Assembly: GCA_035630015.1 (NCBI GenBank)
Contig: DASQLM010000413.1
Coordinates: 47,519 to 111,518, forward strand
Direction: 5' to 3'
DNA length: 64,000 bases
Origin: Thermoleophilaceae bacterium
GTDB taxonomy: Bacteria; Actinomycetota; Thermoleophilia; Solirubrobacterales; Thermoleophilaceae
Positions 44,116-53,526 of this stretch are shown here, in pieces. The first letter of the stretch is position 1, and every line of letters begins with the position of its first letter. The position numbers and the translations under genes were made by a program. The notes beneath the pieces were generated by a model. The model was not told the DNA's origin and did no database searches. It saw nothing but the letters and a program-made list of their open reading frames with translations.

Positions 44116-45084
44116 ATGAGCGAGCCCGCGGTCTCAGTGGTGATCCCGTCGCACGCGCGGCGGCTTCGTCTGCGCTGGCTGCTCAACGCGCTCGAGGAGC
44201 AGACCCTGCCGCGTGAGCGGTTCGAGGTGATCGTGGTGCACGACTACGTGGGCGCGGAGGCCGAGCTGGTGGCGGGCCACCCGCTGGCGCAGGACGGCAC
44301 GTTGCGTGAGCTGCGGATCGAGCCGGGGACGGGCCGCCCCTCGGTGCAGCGCAACATGGGCTGGCGTGCTGCCAGGGCGCCGCTGGTGGCCTTCATCGAT
44401 GACGACTGCCGCGCCGACGAGGGCTGGCTGGACGCGGTGGTGGCGGCGGCCGAGGCGCTTCCCGGGGCCATCCTCCAGGGCACCACCCGGCCCGACCCGT
44501 TCGAGACCGCGTCGCTGGCCGGCCCCCACGCTCGCTCGCTGTGGGTCACGCCACCCGACGACTTCGCCCAGACCTGCAACATCGCCTACCCGAGGGCGGT
44601 CCTGGAGGCCACCGAGGGGTTCGACGAGAAGTTGCCGGCACCAGCGGGCGAGGACACGGACCTGGCGCTGCGAGCGCGTGCCGGGGGCGCGCCGCTGGAG
44701 GCGGTCCCCGACGCCAAGGTGTTCCACGCCGTGGACTCCTATTCGCTTCCGGACGCCATCAAGCTGAACCTGAAGTGGCAGCACCTGGCGTTTGTGATCA
44801 AGCGCCATCCGCAGCTGCGCAACCACTTCACCCAGCGCATCTTCTGGCGCCGCTCCCACCGCGACCTCGTGCTGCTGCTGGCCGGGCTGGCGGCCGCCAG
44901 GTGGGTGCCGCCCGCGCTGCTGCTGGGCGGGCCGTGGGTCTACCGCAGGCTGACCCGCCGGGGCACGCACAAGCGCGCCCTGGTCGTGGGCGCGGTCGAG
45001 CTGCCCGGCGGCCTGGTCGTGGACCTGGCGGAGCTGGTGACCATGTGCATGGGCAGCGCGAAGTACCGGACGCTCGTGCTGTGA
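44116..45084 (+). CDS. GT2-family glycosyltransferase with a hydrophobic C-terminal segment (possible polyprenyl-phosphate glycosyltransferase)
   Basis: 322 aa containing VSVVIPSHAR, QRNMGW, FIDDDCRADEGW and GEDTDLALR. A C-terminal hydrophobic stretch reads DLVLLLAGLAAARWVPPALLLGGPWV. Confidence 0.8.
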   Translation: MSEPAVSVVIPSHARRLRLRWLLNALEEQTLPRERFEVIVVHDYVGAEAELVAGHPLAQDGTLRELRIEPGTGRPSVQRNMGWRAARAPLVAFIDDDCRADEGWLDAVVAAAEALPGAILQGTTRPDPFETASLAGPHARSLWVTPPDDFAQTCNIAYPRAVLEATEGFDEKLPAPAGEDTDLALRARAGGAPLEAVPDAKVFHAVDSYSLPDAIKLNLKWQHLAFVIKRHPQLRNHFTQRIFWRRSHRDLVLLLAGLAAARWVPPALLLGGPWVYRRLTRRGTHKRALVVGAVELPGGLVVDLAELVTMCMGSAKYRTLVL

Positions 45085-46187
45085 GCACCGCGCGGACGCC
45101 GCTGGCGGTGGCGCTGATGAACCCCTTCTTCTGGCCGGAGGTGCGCCGCGGCTCGGAGCGGCTGATGCACGATCTGGCCGTCGACCTGCTCAGCCTGGGA
45201 GACCGGCCGCGCGTGATCACCAGCCACCCGGGAAGGCCCGGCACGACCGTCGAGGACGGTTTCCCCGTCGTGCGCAACTGGCGCCCACCCGAGAAGCCGC
45301 TGACTCTCCGGAGCGTCGAGCCCCATCTCTCGCACGTGCCGTTCAGCTACCGATCGCTGGCCCGGGGCGAGGACGACGTGGCGCACGCCTTCTATCCCAC
45401 CGACGCCCTCGCCGCCCTGCGCTGGGGCCGCCGGACCGGTCGCCCCTCGATCTTCTCCTACATGGGTATCCCGAGCCGTCAGGTCCTGGCCCGCAACAGG
45501 CTGCGCAAGACGATCCTCGAGCAGGCGATCGCGGAGACGGACGCCGTCACGGCCCTCAGCCGAGCCGCGCGAGATGGGCTGTGGCGGTGGTTCGGCGTCG
45601 AGGCGCCCGTGGTCTACCCGGGAGTCGATCTGGCCGCGTTCAGTCCCGGCGGCCGGCGCGCGGAGCATCCGACCGTCGCCTGCGCCGGCGCGGCCGACGA
45701 TGGCCGCAAGCGGATCGGCCTGCTGGTCCGCGCCTTCGCGCTGGTGCGCGCGCAACGCCCCTCGGCGCGCCTGCTCCTGACCAGGCCCGACGCGCCCGAG
45801 CTGGCACGCGAGCTGGACGAGCAGCCGGGCGTGGAGCTCGTGCCCAAGGAGCACTCGGTCGAAGCGATGTTCCAGGAGGCCTGGGCCACCGGCCTGGCGT
45901 CCCGCGACGAGGCGTTCGGGCTGGTGCTCGTCGAGTCCATGGCCTGCGGCACGCCCGTGTTCGGCGCTCGCGAGGGCGGTATCCCGGAGATCGTGGACCG
46001 GCCGGAGGTCGGGCGGCTGTTCGATGGCGACGACGAGCGCGAGGTCGCTCGCACCGTGCTGGAGACGCTGGAGCTGGCCGAGGACCCGGGCACCGCGGCG
46101 GCGTGCCGCGCCCGTGCCGAGGCGTTCGACACGCTCTCGGGCGCACGCGCCTACAGCGATCTGTACCGGCAGCTGATCGCGGGCTAG
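45081..46187 (+). CDS. GT4-family (group 1) glycosyltransferase
   Basis: Distal part of ORF 44541..46187, from the GTG at 45081 (GTGA overlap). The E-x7-E region reads DEAFGLVLVESMACGTPVFGAREGGIPEIV. Confidence 0.82.
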   Translation: MSTARTPLAVALMNPFFWPEVRRGSERLMHDLAVDLLSLGDRPRVITSHPGRPGTTVEDGFPVVRNWRPPEKPLTLRSVEPHLSHVPFSYRSLARGEDDVAHAFYPTDALAALRWGRRTGRPSIFSYMGIPSRQVLARNRLRKTILEQAIAETDAVTALSRAARDGLWRWFGVEAPVVYPGVDLAAFSPGGRRAEHPTVACAGAADDGRKRIGLLVRAFALVRAQRPSARLLLTRPDAPELARELDEQPGVELVPKEHSVEAMFQEAWATGLASRDEAFGLVLVESMACGTPVFGAREGGIPEIVDRPEVGRLFDGDDEREVARTVLETLELAEDPGTAAACRARAEAFDTLSGARAYSDLYRQLIAG

Positions 46188-46882
46188 GACCGGCCGGCGA
46201 GGGCGCGCGCCCGCTGGCGCAGTCCCCGCCGCGGCGGGGGAGGCCGATCGGGCATGTGGCGCGAGACGAAACCGGCCAGGTCCTCGTCCAGCTCGCCCGG
46301 CCCGAACAGCAGCACCTCGCGGGTCTCGAACGAGCCCGTCCACCAGAGCCGCTCCACCCGCTGTTCCTCGGTGAGGCCCGTCCAGAAGGAGTGCGGGAAC
46401 CAGAACTCCTCGCGGCTGTGGATGATGTGCGGCTTGAACAGGAAGTCGAAGCGGTCGCCCTCGAGCTCGATCAGCCAGTGGTGGTGTCCCCAGCCGACCC
46501 AGTCTCCCTGTAGCCCGCGCGACTGCTCCTCCAGCCGCGAGGGCACCTCGACGTAGCCGGCCTTGGCGACGCGCGAGAGCTCCGATGCGACCCAGAGGGG
46601 GTCACGGATGTCCTCGAGCACGTGCGAGCAGACCACGAAGTCGAACTGGTCGTCCTCGAAGGGCCACGGCGTGCGGTCGCAGATGTCGCGCTCGACCCAG
46701 GTCTCTTCGCCGAACCGTTCGGGCCCGTCGCCATCGCTACCCAGCAGTCCGCGGGTCGCATACGGCATCACGTCGAGCACCCAGTCGGCGCGCGTCAGCG
46801 GCTTCGCCCAGCCGCCCACGTCGAGGACGCTGGCGGACGCGGGGACCTCGCGATCGAACCGTTCGAGGCTCTCGGCCAGCAT
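46184..46882 (-). CDS. SAM-dependent methyltransferase-like protein
   Basis: 232 aa containing SVLDVGGWAKP, FDFVVCSHVLEDIRDP and AKAGYVEVPS. Confidence 0.7.
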   Translation of the reverse strand: MLAESLERFDREVPASASVLDVGGWAKPLTRADWVLDVMPYATRGLLGSDGDGPERFGEETWVERDICDRTPWPFEDDQFDFVVCSHVLEDIRDPLWVASELSRVAKAGYVEVPSRLEEQSRGLQGDWVGWGHHHWLIELEGDRFDFLFKPHIIHSREEFWFPHSFWTGLTEEQRVERLWWTGSFETREVLLFGPGELDEDLAGFVSRHMPDRPPPPRRGLRQRARALAGRS

Positions 46883-46937
46883 GGTCGGCGGCAGTCTATT
46901 CCGAGGCGAGGCGGCCCGCGCCTGCCCGGCGTGAGGG

Positions 46938-46943
46938 TAGGAT
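46938..46943 (+). promoter_or_regulatory. Candidate -10 hexamer TAGGAT, 10 nt upstream of the GTG at 46954
   Basis: A TANNNT pattern inside a 71-bp divergent gap. Confidence 0.3.
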
Positions 46944-46953
46944 CGGCGCCTTC

Positions 46954-48111
46954 GTGACGGACCAGGCTCCGACGAACGGCACCATCGGCCACGTGGTGCG
47001 CGAGTACCTGCCGCGCTCCGCCACGTTCATCTACACGGTCCTGCGCCACCAGCGTGGGTTCGCGCCGGTCGTGTTCGCCAAGCGCGCGATGAACCTGGAC
47101 GAGTTCCCACTGGACGACGTCCGGCATCTGACTCCGATGGAGCCGGTGCTGCACCGAGCACGGCGCAAGGGCACCGCGCTCGCCTCGGGCTACACCGGTA
47201 CCTACCCGCACCGGATCGCCACGCACGCCCGCAGCGAGGGCTGCGTGGCCCTGCACGCCCACTTCGGCTGGTCGGGCGTGGCGGCCGTGCCCGCCGCGAA
47301 GCGCCTGGACATCCCTCTGGTGACCACGTTCTACGGCAGGGACCTCTCGGATCCCGAGCGTGCCAATTCGCGCCGCAGCCCGCATCGGCGGCTGTTCGCC
47401 GAGGGCACGCTGTTCATGTGTGAGGGACCGGCCATGGCCAAGCACCTTGGCGAGACGGGGTGCCCGCCCGAGCGCATCCGGATCCAGCGGATCGGGCTGG
47501 ACGTGTCGCGATGGCCGTTCGACCCGCCCGTGCGCCGGCGGCCGCTGATCATCGTGCAGATCAGCCGGTTCGTGGAGAAGAAGGGGCTGGACCTCTCGCT
47601 GCGGGCATTCGCCGCCGCGCGCGACGAGCTCGGCCCGAGCGAGCTCTGGATGGTGGGCGACGGGCGGCTGCGGGAGGACCTCGAAGCGCTGGCGGCCCGG
47701 CTGGGCATTGCCGAGCACGTCCACTTCCTGGGCATGGTCTCCTACTCGGAGTACCAGGAGGTGATGCGTCGGGCGCACATCTGCCTGCAGCCCAGCCGGA
47801 CCGCGCGGGACGGGGACACCGAGGGCGGCGCGCCCACCGTGCTCCTGGAGATGCAGGCCGCCGGGATCCCGGTGGTCAGCACCCGCCACGCCGACATCCC
47901 GTTCGTGGTGGCCGACCCGGGCGAACTGGTCGAGGAGGAGGACGTGGAGGGCATCTCGGATGCCCTGATCCGCGTCGCCGGGCTGAGCGACGCGGACTGG
48001 CAGGAGCGGGCTCGCCGGGGGCGCGCGGTGGTCCAGGAGCGCCACGACGCGGCCACGCTGGCCTCGAAGCTCGACGAGATCTACGCGGAGGCGCTGCGGC
48101 TGCACGGCTAG
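46954..48111 (+). CDS. GT4-family glycosyltransferase
   Basis: Distal part of ORF 46585..48111, from the GTG at 46954. Contains ISRFVEKKGLDL and GDTEGGAPTVLLEMQAAGIPVVSTRHADIPFVV. Confidence 0.82.
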   Translation: MTDQAPTNGTIGHVVREYLPRSATFIYTVLRHQRGFAPVVFAKRAMNLDEFPLDDVRHLTPMEPVLHRARRKGTALASGYTGTYPHRIATHARSEGCVALHAHFGWSGVAAVPAAKRLDIPLVTTFYGRDLSDPERANSRRSPHRRLFAEGTLFMCEGPAMAKHLGETGCPPERIRIQRIGLDVSRWPFDPPVRRRPLIIVQISRFVEKKGLDLSLRAFAAARDELGPSELWMVGDGRLREDLEALAARLGIAEHVHFLGMVSYSEYQEVMRRAHICLQPSRTARDGDTEGGAPTVLLEMQAAGIPVVSTRHADIPFVVADPGELVEEEDVEGISDALIRVAGLSDADWQERARRGRAVVQERHDAATLASKLDEIYAEALRLHG

Positions 48112-49616
48112 GAGGCCGGGGCCGGCTTGCGGCCCGGCCGCACGGCCCCCACGATCAGCATCGCGTCCGCCCACGCGGCCGGGAACAGTCGCCAGATCAC
48201 CGTCACGGCGATCGCGGCGGCGACCGGCACGGCGGCGAGCAGCACCAGCACGTCACCGACGCCGGCGGCCGACAGGCGGTCCACCAGCGGGTAGGTCACC
48301 GCGAGCAGGGCGGCGCCCGCGCACGCACCCGGTGCCACCTCGGCCCACAGCCCGCTGACGGGAATGCCCAGCATGCGCTGGAGCAGGAAGTAGTGGGTGG
48401 CTCCGAAGTTCACCGTCTGCACCGCGAGCACCCCGAGGCAGACCGCGGTCAGGCCGTGCGGGGCCATCACGTAGACCGCCAGCGCGTACACGGCCAGCGT
48501 GACCAGGTTGTAGATCATCAGCTCGCGCGGCTTGCCGGCGGCCAGCATCAGGGGCCCGATGCCGGTCACGATGGCCGCTCCCATGCCCACGATCGCCAGG
48601 AGCTGGGCGGGCACCACCGCGCCTTCCCAGGCCGACCCGTAGAGGAAGGGGATGAACACGGGCGCGATGGCGATGAACGTGGCCAGCGGCGGCACCACCA
48701 GCGCGGCGTGAAGGCGGACCACACGGGTCCTGATGGCACGCATGTCCTTGCGGGATGCCGTGCGCGAGAAGATCGGGAACGTCACGCGCAGCATGACCGT
48801 CGTGATCTTCGTCTGGTACTCCACGCCCAGCTGGTAGGCCCGCCAGTAGAGGCCCACGTCGCCTGCGGACATCCGCCCGGCCAGGATCACGTAGTCGACC
48901 TGGCGGAAGACGGTGTAGGCCAGGGTCGCCAGCCCGCTGTGGATGCCGAACGACGCGATCCGGGCGGCTGCGGCCCGGTGCCAGCGGGGAGCCGTGAAGG
49001 GCACGTAGGCCATCGCCATGATCGACCCGAGCCCGGCGGAGACCAGCGCGCCGGCCACCAGGGCCTCGGCGTTGGCGTCGATCGTCGCGGCCAGCACGAC
49101 GGAGGCGATCGTGCCGCACACCATCGGCGCCACCTGGACCGCGGCCACGCGCCGGAACTGGAGCTCGCGCTGCAGCCGCGCCTGGGAGACCGCACCGGGC
49201 GCGGCCAGGAGGAACGTCAGCGAGCTGAGCTCGATCAGCGCGCCGATCCGGTCCCCGAGGACAGGCGGCACGGCGTAGCGGCCCACGACGAAGGTCACGG
49301 CGGTCAGGACGACGCCCATCAGGAGCGCGAGCAGCGTCGCGCTCTGGAGGTCGGAGCGCTCGGCGGAGCGCATCTGGACCAGCGCAGCCCCGATGCCCTG
49401 GCTCATCACCACGCCTGCGATCGCGGCCACGATCAGGGCCACGGCGCCGCGGCCGAACTCGGCCGGCACGATCAGGCGGGCGAGCGCCACGCTGGCCGTG
49501 AGCGTGAACAGCTCGGCGACCACGCGCGACAACGTGATCCAGCGAATCCCCGCCAGCGTGGCCTTCCGCAGCTCGGCACGAGAGTGGCCGGCCGGCGGTT
49601 GATCGGAGCCGCTCAC
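48108..49616 (-). CDS. wzx: Wzx-type oligosaccharide flippase (PST/MOP family), copy 2
   Basis: 502 aa with a GTG start and ~12 or more hydrophobic segments. Contains LAGIRWITLSRVVAELFTLTASVALARLIVPAEFG and LLQRMLGIP. Confidence 0.8.
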   Translation of the reverse strand: MSGSDQPPAGHSRAELRKATLAGIRWITLSRVVAELFTLTASVALARLIVPAEFGRGAVALIVAAIAGVVMSQGIGAALVQMRSAERSDLQSATLLALLMGVVLTAVTFVVGRYAVPPVLGDRIGALIELSSLTFLLAAPGAVSQARLQRELQFRRVAAVQVAPMVCGTIASVVLAATIDANAEALVAGALVSAGLGSIMAMAYVPFTAPRWHRAAAARIASFGIHSGLATLAYTVFRQVDYVILAGRMSAGDVGLYWRAYQLGVEYQTKITTVMLRVTFPIFSRTASRKDMRAIRTRVVRLHAALVVPPLATFIAIAPVFIPFLYGSAWEGAVVPAQLLAIVGMGAAIVTGIGPLMLAAGKPRELMIYNLVTLAVYALAVYVMAPHGLTAVCLGVLAVQTVNFGATHYFLLQRMLGIPVSGLWAEVAPGACAGAALLAVTYPLVDRLSAAGVGDVLVLLAAVPVAAAIAVTVIWRLFPAAWADAMLIVGAVRPGRKPAPAS

Positions 49617-49677
49617 AGCGCCGCCACGTTAGGGTGCCGGGGCCAAGCGCGCGGCAGGAGAGGTGGACAGGTGGGCG

Positions 49678-50826
49678 ATGCGTGACTCATTCCTGGTGTT
49701 CGGCAGTCCCCTGATCGAGGAGGCCGAGATCGCCGAGGTGGTGGACTCCCTGCGCTCGGGGTGGGTCGGGTCGGGCCCGAAGGTCAACCGCTTCGAGCGC
49801 ATGCTCGAGGAGTACACCGGGGCCGGTCACGTCCGCTGCCTGTCCTCGTGCACCGCCGCGCTGACGCTGGGCATGAAGGTGCTGGGGGTGGGGCCGGGCG
49901 ACGAGGTGATCGTGCCGGCGATGACGTTCGTGGCCTCCGCCAACGCGGTCGAGCACACCGGCGCCACGCCCGTGCTGGTGGACTCGGACCCGGACACCGG
50001 GCTGATGTCGCTGGACGCGGCGGAGCGGGCCATCGGCGAGCGGACCAAGGCGATCATGGCCGTTCACCTGGCCGGCCGCCCGATCGACATGGACAGGCTC
50101 AACGCCCTGCGTGACGCGCACGGGCTCGTGATCATCGAGGACGCGGCCCACGCGCTCGGCGCCGAATGGGGCTCGCGCCGGATCGGGACCCACGGCAACC
50201 TGACCGCGTACTCGTTCTACGTCACGAAGAACATCACCACCATCGAGGGCGGTGCGGTGGCCACCGACGATCCGGACGTGGCGGCCAGGATCGAGCAGCT
50301 GGCCCTGCACGGGCTGTCGGTCGGCGCCTGGCAGCGATTCTCGGATCGCGGCTTCCGCCACTACGAGGTCGTGGACCCCGGCTTCAAATACAACATGACC
50401 GACGTGCAGGCGGCGCTGGGCCTGCACCAGCTGCCGCACCTGGACGAGTGGATCGGCGTCCGGGCCCGGCTGGCCGCCCGGTACGACGAGATGCTGGCGG
50501 GGCTCGCCGTGCAGACGCCCCCTGCCGCGCCGGCGAACGCACGGCACGCGCAGCACCTCTATCCCGTGCTGCTGGACGCCGGCGCCGGGATCGGCCGCGA
50601 CGAGCTGCTCGACCGTCTGGTCCAGGCCAACATCGGCACCGGGGTGCACTACCGCGGCGTGCACCTGCACCCCTACTACCGCGACACGTACGCGATCGAC
50701 CCCGCCAGCCTCCCGGTGGCCACGGACATCTCCGAGCGGACGCTGAGCCTTCCGCTCAGTCCGAAGCTGGACGAGAGAGACCAGCACGACGTGGTCGACG
50801 CCCTGCGCGAAGCCCTGCCGGCCTAG
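49678..50826 (+). CDS. DegT/DnrJ/EryC1/StrS-family PLP-dependent sugar aminotransferase
   Basis: ORF 49663..50826, with the ATG at 49678 preferred. Contains FGSPLIEEAEI, SCTAALTL, IVPAMTFVASANAV, IIEDAAHALGA and YSFYVTKNITTIEGG (PLP lysine). Confidence 0.88.
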   Translation: MRDSFLVFGSPLIEEAEIAEVVDSLRSGWVGSGPKVNRFERMLEEYTGAGHVRCLSSCTAALTLGMKVLGVGPGDEVIVPAMTFVASANAVEHTGATPVLVDSDPDTGLMSLDAAERAIGERTKAIMAVHLAGRPIDMDRLNALRDAHGLVIIEDAAHALGAEWGSRRIGTHGNLTAYSFYVTKNITTIEGGAVATDDPDVAARIEQLALHGLSVGAWQRFSDRGFRHYEVVDPGFKYNMTDVQAALGLHQLPHLDEWIGVRARLAARYDEMLAGLAVQTPPAAPANARHAQHLYPVLLDAGAGIGRDELLDRLVQANIGTGVHYRGVHLHPYYRDTYAIDPASLPVATDISERTLSLPLSPKLDERDQHDVVDALREALPA

Positions 50827-51356
50827 CGCGCGAGCCGGCGGCGCACGGCCCCCAGCGTGCCCCGGATTCCCCTGCGGCGGCCAGTGGGCGCCTTCGGCCT
50901 CTCGCCTTTCAGGTGGCCGCCCCAGCGCTCGTACATGGGCTGGTGGCCGTCGCGGTCGATGTAGAAGATCCCGCCCTCGTGCTCGGGGAAGCGGCGGAAC
51001 ATCTCCGTGACCATCGCCGCCAGGAGCCGGTGGCCACGGTGCTCGGGTACGACCGCGGCGTAATGGATCTGGCCGTAGTGCTCGATGCCCAGCTCGTTCT
51101 CGGTGCAGGCATAGGCGAGTCCCACGACCGACCCCTCGTACTGCACGCAGAGCACGCCCCGCTCGGTCAGGCCGGGCAGCCGCCGGTCGAACGGGATCTC
51201 CCAGTGCGGGAACTCGGACTGGAGCAGCTCGCGCTCGCCGTCGCGGTCGACCTCCTCCATGAACGAGTAGCCGGGCGGTAGCTCCTGCCAGCGCGTGTAG
51301 TCCTCGCGGGCCAGCTTGATCAGCTGGTAGCGGTCCATCGGCTCGGAGAAGGGCAC
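50823..51356 (-). CDS. GNAT-family N-acetyltransferase-like protein
   Basis: 177 aa. VVPEHRGHRLLAAMV fits the acetyl-CoA-binding R/Q-x-x-G-x-G/A motif region. The call is moderate only. Confidence 0.55.
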   Translation of the reverse strand: MPFSEPMDRYQLIKLAREDYTRWQELPPGYSFMEEVDRDGERELLQSEFPHWEIPFDRRLPGLTERGVLCVQYEGSVVGLAYACTENELGIEHYGQIHYAAVVPEHRGHRLLAAMVTEMFRRFPEHEGGIFYIDRDGHQPMYERWGGHLKGERPKAPTGRRRGIRGTLGAVRRRLAR

Positions 51357-51395
51357 ACGGCTACGGTGCCACGAATCCCGCTTCTCCGGTAGGGC

Positions 51396-52652
51396 CTACC
51401 GTCCCAGCGGGCCCGACTGGGCGTCCGCGATCCAGCCGGACAGCCTGCCCGTCTCGGTGTGGACGTCGGCGATGCGGGCCACGTGGGTGCGCGCCATCGC
51501 CCCGAGCTCCCTGCGCCGTTCGGGGTCCTGCGCGAGAAGCTCGCCGATGGCGTCGGCCAGACCATCGTGGTCACCCGGGCGCACCAGCCGGCCCCACGGC
51601 TCCTCGACCAGCTCCGGCAGCCCCACCTCGTCGGAGGCCACCACGCACAGCTGCATCGCCATCGCCTCCTTGACCACCACCGGCATCGAGTCACGGTCGC
51701 CGTCGGCGGCCACGACGCACGGCATGCACAGGAGGTCGGCGCGCTCCAGCAGCGCGCGGATCCCGGCCTGGGGCAGTGCCCCGAGCAGGCTGACGCGGTC
51801 GCCGACCCCGAGCCGGCCGATCTCCGCCTCCAGCCGCCCGCGCTCCGGACCCTCGCCGGCGATGGAGATGGTCACATCGGGGAGCCGTGCCGCGGCGCGC
51901 ACGAGGTGGATGAAGCCCTTCTTCTCGACCAGGCGGCCCACCGCCGCAACGTGGCGGCCGCCCGGCAGCGGCGCGGAGCGCTCGAACGCCGACGGGTCGA
52001 CGCCCATGATCTGCTTGAAGATCGACTGCGCGTGATCGGGCCCGGCCACCTCACGCAGATGGGCGACCGTGTAGTCGCAGCCCGAGGTCGAGAAGTGGCT
52101 GCGCCTGAGGCGGCCGGCCAGGGTGTCCGGCCGGAGGTAGATGTCGTACGCATGCGCGGTGAGGCTCGTCGGCGCCCCGATCACGCGGGCGATCCGATGC
52201 GCCTCGTCGGCGTCGACGGTCGCGAAGTGCGTGTGCAGGTGGACGGCCGGCGTGAGCCGTGCCAGCCGCCGCGCGCGTGGGGCCAGCTGGCGGAGCGGAA
52301 CCCCGCGCCTGTCGACCCGTGCTCGCTGCCCGCGTACGTCTGCCAGTGCCCGGAGTGGATGCCGGGTGATCACCCAGAGCAGGGCCCGCAGACGCTCGGG
52401 CCGGGTCTCGTCCTCGACCCAGCTGACCGGCACCCCCTTCGGTGCCAGGGCCGACGAGTCGCCCGATCGGCGACGCGCCTCGACGGAGACGCGGTGCCCG
52501 AGCGCGGTGAGGGCCGACGCCTCGAGGGCCACGAACGTCTCGGACAGGACGGGGAACCGGTGGACGAAGATGCAGACGGCGGGCTTAATGGGGTGCGAGC
52601 CTAACCACCCTGCGTTACCTAGAGTCTCCTCCGTGCAGGGTCGGCCACGCAT
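51396..52652 (-). CDS. GT4-family glycosyltransferase (WcaL-like)
   Basis: Distal part of ORF 51396..52979. Contains VCIFVHRFPVLSETFV, GRLVEKKGF and DSMPVVVKEAMAMQLCVVASDEVGLPELV. The start is uncertain. The nearest canonical start, the ATG at 52652, overlaps the divergent GT2 start. An ATT at 52589 would give the family-typical N-terminus (M)KPAVCIFVHRFP. Confidence 0.78.
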   Translation of the reverse strand: MRGRPCTEETLGNAGWLGSHPIKPAVCIFVHRFPVLSETFVALEASALTALGHRVSVEARRRSGDSSALAPKGVPVSWVEDETRPERLRALLWVITRHPLRALADVRGQRARVDRRGVPLRQLAPRARRLARLTPAVHLHTHFATVDADEAHRIARVIGAPTSLTAHAYDIYLRPDTLAGRLRRSHFSTSGCDYTVAHLREVAGPDHAQSIFKQIMGVDPSAFERSAPLPGGRHVAAVGRLVEKKGFIHLVRAAARLPDVTISIAGEGPERGRLEAEIGRLGVGDRVSLLGALPQAGIRALLERADLLCMPCVVAADGDRDSMPVVVKEAMAMQLCVVASDEVGLPELVEEPWGRLVRPGDHDGLADAIGELLAQDPERRRELGAMARTHVARIADVHTETGRLSGWIADAQSGPLGR

Positions 52653-53526
52653 CGACGCGGTTCTTCCCGTGGGCGGCGAGTCGCCGCTGCTGGATGGCTG
52701 CCTCGAACGACTGGCGGCGCAGACGGAGCCGCCCGGCGTGGTGTTCCTGGTGGACGACTCGCCGCAGGGGACGATCGCCGAACGCCCCGGCGTCCAGATG
52801 CTGCGCAGCCGCGGCCGGGGCCCGTACGCCGCCCGCAACGCGGGCTGGCGTGCCAGCCAGGCGGACGTGGTCCTGTTCCTGGACGTACGCAGCCGGCCAC
52901 GCCCGGAATGGGTCCAGCGCCTGGGCGATGCCCTCGCCCAGCCCGAGGTCAGCCTGGCGAGCTCCGACGTGCGCGTCATCGGGGGATCCTCGCTGGGCTC
53001 GCGCGTGGGCCAGCACCACCGGTTCTTCCGCCGGGAGGTCTACACCCGCGACGGCCTGTTCCGTCCCTACGCGCCCACCTGCAACCTCGGCGCCCGGCGC
53101 GAGGCGCTGGAGGCGGTCGGAGGGTTCAGGGAGGTGCGCAGCTCGGCCGACGTGGACATGTGCTGGCGGATCCTGGCCGACCCGCGCCGGCAACTCGTGT
53201 CGCTGGCCGAGCCGCTGATGGAGTGGGTGGCCCGCGACCGCCTGCGCGACTACTTCGAGCAGAACTACCGCTACGGCAAGGCCCACTATTCGATGTACGC
53301 CAACTGGGCGGCCGAGGGCGCGCCGCAGAAGGACGTGATGCCCTACCGCGAGATCACCCGCCGGGGCGTGCGGCTCGGGGTGCGCACCGCGCGCGCCGGA
53401 ATCGTGCGCCGAGACGGTGAGGAGTTCGTCGGCTGCCTGCGCGAGGCCGGCGGGCTCGCCTACGAGCTGGGCTATCGGGGCGCCTCCGGCAAGCCGGGCC
53501 CGTCGACCGCCCTGGGGCCGACATGA
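52633..53526 (+). CDS. GT2-family glycosyltransferase
   Basis: Distal part of ORF 52141..53526, from the GTG at 52633 (QGRPRIDAVLPVGG). Contains VFLVDDSP, ARNAGW, VLFLDVRS and SADVDMCWR. Confidence 0.75.
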   Translation: MQGRPRIDAVLPVGGESPLLDGCLERLAAQTEPPGVVFLVDDSPQGTIAERPGVQMLRSRGRGPYAARNAGWRASQADVVLFLDVRSRPRPEWVQRLGDALAQPEVSLASSDVRVIGGSSLGSRVGQHHRFFRREVYTRDGLFRPYAPTCNLGARREALEAVGGFREVRSSADVDMCWRILADPRRQLVSLAEPLMEWVARDRLRDYFEQNYRYGKAHYSMYANWAAEGAPQKDVMPYREITRRGVRLGVRTARAGIVRRDGEEFVGCLREAGGLAYELGYRGASGKPGPSTALGPT

